Below are positions 23,816 through 33,792 of a stretch of 64,000 bases of DNA, in pieces (position 1 is the stretch's first letter; every line of letters starts with the position of its first letter). The stretch is from Plasmodiophora brassicae. Lineage: Eukaryota. Location of the stretch: contig CP145420.1 of NCBI GenBank assembly GCA_036867785.1, positions 124,001 to 188,000 of the forward strand, given 5' to 3'. The notes beneath the pieces were generated by a model. That model was not told the DNA's origin. It saw nothing but the letters and a program-made list of their open reading frames with translations, and made no database searches. Both the position numbers and the translations under genes were made by a program.

Positions 23816-25875
23816 TGTCATGAGTCATCTCCACCACAATGACTCACGCCACTCACCTTCCGGCATCTAGCCACCTTCCGGCACCAAGCCACGTTCCGAG
23901 ACCAAGGCCTTCACCAGCCGCGCCCTGGTCCTCAGTCAGCATTCTCATGTCTACTCGATACACCGCGTGATCGGTAGTCATCGCACACTGTCGTGCACCA
24001 GCGTTGTCAGGTAGTTCTCCACATTTTTTTGCGATGAACCAACCGACACGAAGGTGGAGAAAAGGGCTCCTAACCATATCCTCTTCCGCGCGATCATTGA
24101 GGTCCGACAAGCACGGCCTCTCCAACAAGCAACAGCGCGATGCACGACACGCTAGATACCCGCATGCGCCCGCTGACTCCATGCAGGATATCGTCAAGCG
24201 CTGTCATCAACACGACCCCCGGTTCAGAACAGTACCACCCGCGCCGGACGCAAATCCACCGGCCGGTACCCGACATCATCGGGGAGACTTTCATCCACAT
24301 GGAAGTCGCTCTTCCGGCACAACAACCGGCACCATTCCAGCCGTCGCCCCCGTTCCGCATTCACCGTACTGGGTACCTCTGCCCGCGAATCTCCCGAGGT
24401 TCCACGAGTTCTATTGCTCAACTTCCAGGCGCAACTGTCTACAAGCGCAGATCTTCCGTCAGCCACATCTGCATGCACGTCGTTCACGATCCCTAGTCAA
24501 CGGCGCCTCTTACGACCCTCCTGCCCTGGGTAGAGTTTTCTTCAAAGTCTTCTCCAGCGGCATTACCGGCTCCGCGCCACCCTCATCATCCGCATCAATC
24601 GGTCTCAGCCGTCTCCGGCGCTGAACATCCCAACGTATATGGCAACGACATCGCCATCGTCCTCGGTAACGACATCACCGACGGTCCTACCGGCTCCACG
24701 CCACCCTCATCATCCGCATCAATTGGTCTCAGCCGTCTCCGGCGCTGAACATCCCAACGTATATGGCAACGACATCGCCATCGTCCATGGTAACGACGTC
24801 ACCAACGACTCCAATTACCGGCTCCTCGTCACCCTCATCATCCGCATCAATGGGTCTCAGCCGTCTCCGGCGCTGAACATCCCAACGTATATGGCAACGA
24901 CATCGCCATCGTCCTCGGTAACGACATCACCGACGGTCCTACCGGCTCCACGCCACCCTCATCATCCGCATCAATCGGTCTCAGCCGTCTCCGGCGCTGA
25001 ACATCCCAACGTATATGGCAACGATATCGCCATCGTCCATGGTAACGACATCACCGACGGTCCTACCGGCTCCACGCCACCCTCATCATCTGTATCAATC
25101 GGTCTCATCGACCTCCACTCAACGACTTCAACCGGCTCCTCGCCACCCTCATCATCCGCATCAATCAGTCTCAGCCCAGGAATGTGCCACTCCGGCTCTG
25201 AACGTCCCAGCGTATATGGCAACGTCATCGGCATCGCCCACGGTAACGACATCACCGACTGCCATCGAACAGACCTAGCGGCATCACCGCCACGAATGCA
25301 CATCCACTCGTTTTCTTGACGTCCACGGCATTGATATCGCCGCCCAAGCGCGGACAAGCAAATTTACACTCAACAATGGCCCAGAAGTGTGCCATCTCCG
25401 ACACTGAACGTGTCAACATCCAGGTCCGAAGCAGCTCCCGACACTTCTCTCACCCGCAACTCCAGAACCCTGTCACAGATTCTGCGAGTCCGAAACAAAT
25501 ATGAGCCGCGTCTCCAGCCAGATCGCACAGTTCTCAAGTTGCGAGCCAGCCCAATCACATCAAGCCGCACATCACGCGCACCATCAAGATTCACTTGACC
25601 CGCAACCTCATCAAGCCGCTCATCACGCGCACCTTCCACCCCCACATCCCTTTTTGGCGGGGGATGATGTCATGAGTCATCTCCACCACAATGACTCACG
25701 CCACTCACCTTCCGGCATCTAGCCACCTTCCGGCACCAAGCCACGTTCCGAGACCAAGGCCTTCACCAGCCGCGCCCTGGTCCTCAGTCAGCATTCTCAT
25801 GTCTACTCGATACACCGCGTGATCGGTAGTCATCGCACACTGTCGTGCACCAGCGTTGTCAGGTAGTTCTCCACA
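23816..25875 (+). mobile_element. Non-autonomous LTR retroelement (TRIM/LARD-like), 2060 bp
   Basis: Identical 208-bp TG...CA LTRs (23816-24023, 25668-25875); 5-bp TSD CGTTC (23811-23815, 25876-25880); purine-rich GGCGGGGGATGA before the 3' LTR; no recognisable RT or integrase inside. Confidence 0.93.
24565..25262 (+). repeat. Tandem repeat, about 124-bp unit, about 5.5 copies, inside the LTR element
   Basis: Units begin ACCGGCTCC..CCACCCTCATCATC at 24565, 24689, 24817, 24941, 25065 and 25131. Confidence 0.92.
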
Positions 25876-27424
25876 CGTTCTGCAGTTAGTGTCCTGCCTG
25901 TTGTGGATCCCGACGTCAGCGCCCGGAACGCGGTTCGCAGCGGCCTTCCGCCTTCCCGTTCGCTGCGGACCAGTGGCTGACGATGGCGTTCTGTATGCAA
26001 CAATACGTGTCGCGTCTTGGCCTATACTAACCATGCCCTGGTGATAGGGATTGGAGTGATCGCGGTATCACTCACATTTGGCCAGGGATGTTCGCCCAAT
26101 ATCATACTGTGACGGCAATGTACGTGTGCAGCGCCGCGGTACGTTTCGCCGTCGCCAAACTAAAATGTTCACAGCAACCTGGCAAGCAATCAGATATCAT
26201 GTCTAGAGGCCGGTGCCTTCGAAGGACCATACACGTTGATGAGGCTGTGTGTGCTATTTGGACTTCGATCGGTTGTGCATTGCTGAAGGCTGTACGTCCA
26301 GTGACCTGTCTCATAATTGTCTGGTGTCCATCGAGCGAGGAACGTTCCAAGGTTTACGTTCACTGCGCCACCTGTACGTTCAGCGTTGTCACGTACAACG
26401 TTGCATCCTTCGGTCAAGTTCGCCTGTTGCGGTACAGAGTGTTGAACCATAATGCCATCCAGCGCATTGCGGAATCGGCGTTCGAGGGTTTGTCCCAGCT
26501 TGAGATGCTGTATGTGTCAGGTGGCACGTACCACCCAGGCGAGCCACCTGATTCTGTTTCAGGAAGCTGATCGACAGTGAAATCGGATCAATCGCCAGGG
26601 GCATGTTTGCAGGCTTGACGTCGTTGCGTCATCTGTATGTTGAATTTACCGCCGTTTGTGATGTCCGCAATTGATCTCGCGCGCCAAAGAGTTCTGAGCA
26701 ACAATCGTATTACGCTCATCATTCAACAGGGAGCGTTCACCGCGACTAACAATTTACGCAAGTTGTGGGTACAGAATGATTTACAGAAACGTCATCAGTT
26801 GTTGAATATTGCACAGACGGCTTATCAATAATGGCCTCGTATCAATCGGAAACGGCATGTTCGATGGGATGCCCTATCTGGAGACCTTGTAGGGATCCGG
26901 ATAACGGCGCCGTTCCCAAAGCTAACTGGTTTGTATGTACAGAGATTTGGATTTCAACCGTATCCAGACTATTGAAGAGGGCGCGTTCGCTCAGCTTGTA
27001 TCCCTAAAAGAGCTGTATGCCTCAGCTATCTCAGTCAGCTCAACTGATGGAATCCCTGACGACCTGAACAGGTTGCTCAACTACAATGACATTTGTTACG
27101 ATGAGATGAACCCTGTTGAGCTCAGTGGCGTTCTTAAACGTTATTGGGGGCTTCCAGACACAGCCATCATCAAGTGCGACACCGATTGAACGGTCTCAGA
27201 GTAATCAGTTATCTTGACGCGCACTCGGCGTCTGCTGTCCCGGTTTCCTGGAATATATACACTTGGCGTTTTTCGTTGTGCCTGCTTTCGTCATCCCGAC
27301 CATCGGTAATCAATATGGGTTGGATGCCGGATACAGCAGCGATGTACTATGCCTGCAGGGCCCTAAAGGAACCCGAATCAATCACGACAAGCCGTACATA
27401 CGGAATAGCAGGGTGTTTGTATAT

Positions 27425-27725
27425 TGTGTGAAGTAACAACGCTGGGGCACGACATGAGTGTGCGACGACTACCGATCAGTTTAGTTTATTCGGGGTTTCG
27501 CGCTTTCCACGCAGCTGGCGCCTCGGTCTCGGTTCCGAGAACAGTAGGCTCACCTAGCAGAACGCCTGCTTCACCCGGCCTGACTACCGTTCATAAACCG
27601 CGGTATATCGGATAGACGTGAGAATGTCGACTGAGGACCAGGGCGCGGCAGGTGAAGGCCTCGGTCTCGGCACTTGGCTTGGTGCCGGAAAACGTGTGTG
27701 ATCCGATGGCTCATGAGTCATGACA
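27425..27725 (-). mobile_element. Solo LTR (301 bp) related to the 208-bp LTRs
   Basis: Reverse complement starts TGTCATGA, shares TTCCGGCACCAAGCCA...GCCGCGCCCTGGTCCTCAGTC...TGATCGGTAGTC..CGCACAC...CCAGCGTTGT and ends CACA. No TSD seen. Confidence 0.82.
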
Positions 27726-28009
27726 GTCCCGTACAGACGATGATATATAGTATCTGCATAGTGTACTGCGAGCCGATGTCGACGTCGCTGCCGATGGACG
27801 ACGCAACAGCATGACGGCATCCACGCCGATGCGGCCAGGAATTATTATCATTGCCGCGGGTACCGGAAGGTGCCTCCTGGTGCTATCTGGGATAATACTG
27901 TCCGAGACCGCAACTGGACGCGCTGCTTGTAGGTCGTGCCGGAGTACCATACCCGAAATACCCGTCCGTGTGGACTGTGCGCGCTGTGCTGGCAGGCCTG
28001 CGCGCGTGG

Positions 28010-29053
28010 ATGGATGTCGTCCCGTCATCGTCGTCCAAGGCGGTCACGGTCGCCGTCCATGGCCGCGTCGAGCACGTGTCGCGCCCGGCGCCGCAGAAGG
28101 TCGTCCTAGAGGAAGACGCGTACGTGGGCGCCGTCGACGCGATCATCAAACGGGATTTCTTCCCGGACCTGCTGCCGGACAACGCGCCCGTTCCCGACGC
28201 CCGCCTCAACGAGTTCGTCGCGACGCACACGTCCGAGGACAATGCGTCGTTCAACGATATAATCGATCGGCAGAATGCGGCGCTGAGGGAAGGCACGCGA
28301 TGGATGGATGCGAAATCGGACGGCGTGCGTCGCGCCGCCGATCTCCGCGAGCGCCTTCAACTGCCGGCCGCGCACGACGACGACGACCCACGCCCAAAGT
28401 GTCTCGAGTTCGGCGCGTACCAACCGCAGAACGCGCTGATGTTCAACGCCAGCACGGAACACCCGCACGTGATCGTCGACCGAGGCGACCGGGTGGCGCC
28501 GGAGAACACGCGCCTTCGTGAGTCGTGTTCGTCGTCGATGAGCGATGCGACCAGCGTGACCATGGACACTGGCGTTCAGGACGGCAGCGCGACACCCACG
28601 ATCCGAGGGTACAAGCTTGTTCGTGCGCCCGTCTATGAACCGGACAAGGTCCCGATTACGACCTGGGGCCGCGTCGCAGGAACGCCGGTTCAGCTCGACG
28701 ATGGGGACCAAGAGCAGGCCGCTGTTCGTGGGTTTCGGGTTCCTGACGCGCCTGATCGCGAGCGCATCGCCCGACGACTCGGGCAGGCGGCGGCGAAGAG
28801 CATTGCGAAGCGGCAACGGGATCGCTCGTGGACACCGTCGCCGCGTCTGACCAGGACGCCCAGCACGCCGCGCGCGGTCCAGATGAGCCCCGCCGCCAGG
28901 CGATTGCTGTCGAAGCGCCAGAAATCGCGGGGCGCCGGCGATCCCGAGCTTCGCGCGAGTTATTCGGGCACACCCGTGCGCGATCCGTATGACGAGTTCA
29001 CGCCGGGACCTGCCGGACGTCGCTCACCTTCGGCACGGTCGTCGACGCGGTGA
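28010..29053 (+). CDS. ESS2: Splicing factor ESS2/DGCR14 (ES2)
   Basis: VLEEDAY...IIKRDFFPDL...HTSEDNASF...NALMF...TPTIRGYKLV...TWGRVAGTP...MSPAARRL...LRASYS. Confidence 0.92.
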   Translation: MDVVPSSSSKAVTVAVHGRVEHVSRPAPQKVVLEEDAYVGAVDAIIKRDFFPDLLPDNAPVPDARLNEFVATHTSEDNASFNDIIDRQNAALREGTRWMDAKSDGVRRAADLRERLQLPAAHDDDDPRPKCLEFGAYQPQNALMFNASTEHPHVIVDRGDRVAPENTRLRESCSSSMSDATSVTMDTGVQDGSATPTIRGYKLVRAPVYEPDKVPITTWGRVAGTPVQLDDGDQEQAAVRGFRVPDAPDRERIARRLGQAAAKSIAKRQRDRSWTPSPRLTRTPSTPRAVQMSPAARRLLSKRQKSRGAGDPELRASYSGTPVRDPYDEFTPGPAGRRSPSARSSTR

Positions 29054-29460
29054 CCGGGAGGCCCTGCATGCACGTGTGCGACCCGGCATCGTTAATATAT
29101 GTACCTATACAGTAGCACAAGCGCTGGCGTCGGACGTCGTCGGCGCTGTCGCACGGCCAGTGCCCTAGGGTTGGCTTCCTCGTAGCCCCCTATATGAAGT
29201 TCGGGAACAGGCCGGAGCGGCCCATGCACGCACTTCGGGTCAACGTACGATGATCGCCCGACGCCAAAGGCTCCGTTACTGCCTCTCCCATTTTCGCCGC
29301 CGGATGTGAACGACAGTACCTTCAGGTCCGGCACCAGTCCGCCAATGCAGGTCGCAAAACGCGGAGCAGTTCGTGGTCCGGTGCAGCGTCCCGCGGGCTG
29401 TCGACTTTTTCGCCGCGTCGTCGTCGTCGTCGTCGTCGCTTGTTGGACGCGGTGACCGCG

Positions 29461-29711
29461 ATGGTGTACTGGCGGGAGGCTGGCCTGACGTACCTGAAGT
29501 ATGTGTCGGTGGCATCGCAGGCCGTGCGACAGGCGCTGAAGGAGCCGGCGCGCGCCGAGGCGCTCAAGCGCACGGAGATCCTGTTCACCAAGCGCGAGTA
29601 CAAGGACGGCAAGACCGGATCGGATCGCAGTAGGTGGAGTTGTCCCATCGGCCTCGTATGATAGTGACCGTGGTTGTGTCTCACTCAGCGAAAATCGAAA
29701 GCGTGCAGTAG
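29461..29711 (+). CDS. ATP5F1E: Mitochondrial F1-ATP synthase epsilon subunit, 2 exons
   Basis: MVYWREAGLTYLKYVSVASQAVRQALKE...YKDGK; intron 29630-29688. Confidence 0.9.
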
Positions 29712-30689
29712 ACGTCCGTTCCAGCGTCCGTTCCGCAACAGTTACGAATGAAACCGTATCGTTCTTCCCCTGGAATGAGCTGCCGTAATGGCGTGCTCTT
29801 TGCCGTTTCGTCAAGGGGTTAGGATGGCACCTGGTCAGCGTGAAGCGTGTCCACGTGCGCCACGCTGGATGGCAGGGAACGCGGTAATGCGTTTCCCTAG
29901 CTGGGTGTGCACATCATGGCGGACATGCACAGAACGCATACCTGTGAGCATGTTCGTCATTGCTGCAGGCAGGCAACAGTGCAGGCGTGGGCGTCAGAGT
30001 CAGCAAACCGAAGCAACGTATGGACGTCCCGATCCTGATCATGACGTTCCCATGTGCTTCTGCGACGCGCTGTAGCGCGATATGAAGGACGTCCCCGTCC
30101 TCGTCGTGTTTGCGCTCGGCGTGCCGTTGACCGTGCTCTTCATGCCGAAGGATTAAGTTCGTGCCTGCCGTCGTGCCCGGTCGTGGCGTTACGCCCCTGC
30201 GTTACGAGCCGGCTTCGACCCCGCCAAGCAGATGGCATAGTCCATTTCCATTAGGCGGCGATGGCGGGCGCGCTCAGGCGGCCGTCGATGTGGTTGGAGG
30301 GCGCCTCGGGGATCTGGTGAAGGCGTGCTGAAGATCGTCCTGCTACTGTGCGCTAAGACATTTCCCGTGTGGCGGTAGTGTTCCCTGCTCCTTGTGGTCG
30401 GCGCTGGCACGTGCAGCGTGTGATCGCTTGGCAGAAGGTGTAACGCCCAGGCCAAGCAACCACATGTTAGGCCTCGGTATTACTGCAGAACAGAGGCCAT
30501 TGCTTGCTTCCTGGTGCTAGAGGTGGATACGCCGATAGCCTGTGACATGGTGTCCTGACTCGTTGAGCGGCCCAGCCAGCCCCAGCGCATCCAAACCCGA
30601 CCGTCCCCTATGACGGAGTGCCAGTTGTCGAGCCAGACACGACCACGTGGACCTCGAAGACGTCCTCGTGATTACCAGCGCCAGCGCCA

Positions 30690-30980
30690 ATGACTGTCCA
30701 CGTTATAAGCAGGTTACGAATCCAGTCAGACAAGGTCAACGACGCCAAGGCGCTGTTCAACTCGTTACTGGTGCCCAGTCGTGCGCATGCCGGCTGCATC
30801 AAGTACAACGTGTACCAGGACAGGAACGACCCGCAGGAGTTCGCGTTCATTGAGGAATGGCAGACTGAGAAGGCGCTGGATGACCACCTAGCTACCGATC
30901 TCCTAAAGCAAGGATTTGCTCGCGTCGGCAAGCTTGTTGAGACGGCGCCCGTTGTCCAGCGCCTCAACTTCCTGGGCTAA
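30690..30980 (+). CDS. Antibiotic biosynthesis monooxygenase (ABM; YgiN/LsrG-like) domain protein
   Basis: 96-aa intronless ORF with SRAHAGCIKYNVYQD..DPQEFAFIEEWQTEKALDDHL. Confidence 0.85.
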   Translation: MTVHVISRLRIQSDKVNDAKALFNSLLVPSRAHAGCIKYNVYQDRNDPQEFAFIEEWQTEKALDDHLATDLLKQGFARVGKLVETAPVVQRLNFLG

Positions 30981-31097
30981 TCAGCCTTCCCACCGATTGC
31001 CAGTACAACCCGAGCCAGTCCAGAGTCTATGTAGCTCTAGTTGTGCACACCTGATCGGAAGCACGTGATGACAAGGACCGGCAACGCAACCACACGT

Positions 31098-32693
31098 TTA
31101 CTCTTGTCTGTAGATTGCAAGAAACTGCTGACGGTGATGGTCGTCCTCGAAGGTCGGGACGAAAGGGATTGTTATGATCTCTGAGAAGCCTTCGTCCAAC
31201 GAAGGTTCCTGGTAGTATTTCGCATAGGTGTGGTAACACACCGACTTCAGCGCCGGTTTCGACAGCGGCAGACCAAGTCGAAAACGGACGCCGCGCATGC
31301 AGTTGAGATGTTCGGCCAGATTGCGATCCACATCAAACCTGGCGACACGAACAGTTGAGCCGGGGTACTTCTTCGCCAGCGCCACCCACTGAGCGCGGAC
31401 GGCCCTGTTCGCGTTTGTCTAGGAGCGCAGGTCATCAGCGAAACCGCCAGTGTCGCGTTGAACAAACAGGATTACGTTGTCAATGCAGACGGATTTCCCA
31501 TCCGATAGAGCGGCCTCAGCTGCTTTCAGGCATTTCGCGAGTGAAGCCAGCGTGTCCTGGTTGACAATCGTATGCGACGCGGACAGGTGGGCCGTGGCAA
31601 ACGTAGTCTGCAAGGGACCAGTCAAACGCGTTCATGAAACAGCTATCACGCGCCTCCGAGGTGTACCTTTCCCGACCCGGGCCATGCTTGCAGCAAGAGT
31701 ATTTCCAGTGAAGGGGAAGCTGGTCCAACAAGCTTGTCCAAAGCCGGCTGTAATGAGGCCCTGTTCCCGAGGTACGTCACGGGGTCGTGCATGATAAACG
31801 GTTCAGCAGGTTCGCCCAGGAAAAACTCTTCAGGTGTCTGCCAATACGTAGACGACGGTTAAACCAACGGGCAGGCAGGCTGGCACATATCGTTATCAAC
31901 CATGAAGTCGATTTTGGCATTGTGTGCGAAGGCACGATCGGAGCACGCAAAGTCAGCCTTGCCGTGCCGTTTGCCTGAGACCGCCGGTCGCCCCGCCGCA
32001 TCACCTGTCAGCACATCGTTCATTCGGGAGATAGATAACGACACTGGAATGATGTCGAAACCGACCGACGTAGATAGATTTGGAGGCGTCGACCTGGATG
32101 TCGAAGTCTTTCCGCAGCCAGTCGACGAGCAGCGTCCACAGCCCGGTTTCTGGCTTGCGATAGACGCTGTCTTTGCGAATCGACGCCAACGTACAGACAG
32201 GAAGCGTCTTGGGGAGAGATTGCATAACCAGGCGGAACCGGTCACGAGCAAGGTCAAAGGCCGGCTTCGACTTCGAAGCCCCCGACTGGTTAGACAGAAT
32301 GGCAACGACGGCGCCACGCGCCTCACATTCCGATTTCAGCTTCTTCGACACGATCGGGAACGTCCACGCCCAGTCCGAGGCAGACTTTGGAAAACGGGGT
32401 CCAGGGCGAGCGACCCCAGATCGCGCATTCGCAATCGGTTTCGTCGTGACCAGCGTGCCGTCGAAGTCGACAGCAATAACAGGGACGGACGCGCCGCGAC
32501 GTGTCGACAGAAACTCGGGAAACGCCGGCGGAACCAGTCGGAGGACGTCGCCGCCGGCCACCATGTCATGGGAGATACGAACGGACCCGGGGAACAGCGT
32601 CGCCTGGACGAGCGTCGGGCGCTTCCTCGTCGCCCGCCATTCCTCATCGGACTCGGCGTCATCCCCGATCGGACGCTTCGCCTGCGCCGACAT
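31098..32693 (-). CDS. PNKP: Bifunctional polynucleotide phosphatase/kinase, multi-exon
   Basis: HAD motifs DFDGTL, SNQSG, RKPETG, YVG|DAAGR, DFACSDRAFA; kinase P-loop PGSGK|TTF, VNQDTL, CIDN|TN. Start codon uncertain (32693 or 32789). Confidence 0.92.
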
Positions 32694-32913
32694 GCCCTTG
32701 ACGACGACCCAGCGCCCGGCGATACGGCGCCGCCCCGCCCGGATATGCAACAGCGGCTCCGCTCTGATGAGAAGGCGGCGAATTGCCAAAACTTTGGGCG
32801 TCCGCAGACGGCGTCCGGCTACGGTTTTCGCGGACGGACGCGCGTGCCGTGCGGACGGAGCCGGTGGCGGTGAGGCCCCGAAACAAAATCGGCAGTTGAC
32901 GACGGGGTCGGGA

Positions 32914-33744
32914 ATGTTTTCGTGGTCGGGTCAGCCGGATCTGGTTCGGGCGTCGCAGAAGGATGCGTACTACGCCGAGTCGCTGGCGGACGACCTGCAG
33001 GACGTGGTGTCGTTGACGGGCGGGGCGCGCATCGCGGCGAACACGCACCGGGAGGTGAAGGTCGCGGCGGCCGCGCTGTACTATGGCGTGCTGCTGTTCG
33101 GCAGGAAGACGTTGGGCGAGGAGTACTGCGACCTGGAGCGCGTCACGCCTGACTGGAGGATCCCGTCGCGATGGCGGATGCTGTCGCTGCTGGGCCTGCA
33201 GATTGCGTTCCCGTATGCACTGACGCGTCTGCGTCCGCTGTCGGCGTCGACGCATCCCGTTGTTGGTGCCTATAACGCCATCGTCACGCTGGCATCGCAT
33301 GCACCGAGCATTCATCGTCTGCATCTCGCCGTGTTCTACCTTTTCGGCACGTACTTGCGCCTGTCGAATCGCCTGACCAGGGTTCGATACCTTTACACGA
33401 GGAGAGTGGATGGGCCCCGGCACGGCTATGGCCTTCTGGGTCTGCTGATCATCCTTCAGATGGGGATCGCCGCCGGCCTTGCCGCCAACGAACGACTGAA
33501 AAGGGCAAGCAAGAGACGAGATGCGGACGACGCCAGCGGCGAGGTCGTCCCTGTGGAGCCATGTCGGAGCGGGTCGTCCTGCACGCTGTGCCTGGGGCCG
33601 AAAGCGGCCCCAACCGTCACCGATTGTGGACACGTCTTCTGCTGGAACTGCATTGCGAGCTGGTGCTCGAACAAGGCCGAATGTCCTCTGTGCAGGCAGC
33701 CAGTTCTGCTCACCAACCTGGTTCGCTTAGCCAATTACGCATGA
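32914..33744 (+). CDS. PEX10: Peroxisomal RING E3 ligase PEX10
   Basis: QPDLVRASQKDAYY...TLGEEYCDL...LHLAVFYLFGTY...C3HC4 RING CTLC...CGHVFCWNC...CPLCR. Confidence 0.95.
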   Translation: MFSWSGQPDLVRASQKDAYYAESLADDLQDVVSLTGGARIAANTHREVKVAAAALYYGVLLFGRKTLGEEYCDLERVTPDWRIPSRWRMLSLLGLQIAFPYALTRLRPLSASTHPVVGAYNAIVTLASHAPSIHRLHLAVFYLFGTYLRLSNRLTRVRYLYTRRVDGPRHGYGLLGLLIILQMGIAAGLAANERLKRASKRRDADDASGEVVPVEPCRSGSSCTLCLGPKAAPTVTDCGHVFCWNCIASWCSNKAECPLCRQPVLLTNLVRLANYA

Positions 33745-33792
33745 ATGCAAACCAATTCCATAAGCGTACTAACGATGAGTGTAATTTAGTGG

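Larger units (their letters stand above)
23752..27189 (+). pseudogene. Secreted LRR protein (paralog B), 10 exons, exon 1 interrupted by an LTR element
   Basis: Removing 23816-25880 restores MSAAAAAVLCKALAACRMSIVLQLVSCLLWIP. LRR exons 26048-26119, 26175-26246, 26302-26373, 26438-26509, 26563-26634, 26690-26764 (75 nt), 26817-26888, 26943-27014. Last exon 27072-27189 ends WGLPDTAIIKCDTD*. Confidence 0.85.

Noticed and set aside
24565-25262. CRISPR-like array
   Set aside because: Whole units repeat with no unique spacers, no cas genes, and the context is a eukaryotic LTR element.
29092-29400. Possible small spliced gene or structured ncRNA on the minus strand
   Set aside because: Splice-like signals are present, but no recognisable protein, snRNA or telomerase-template motif.
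29820-30600. Possible spliced ORF between ATP synthase epsilon and the ABM gene
   Set aside because: Intron-like segments exist, but no convincing reading frame could be assembled.
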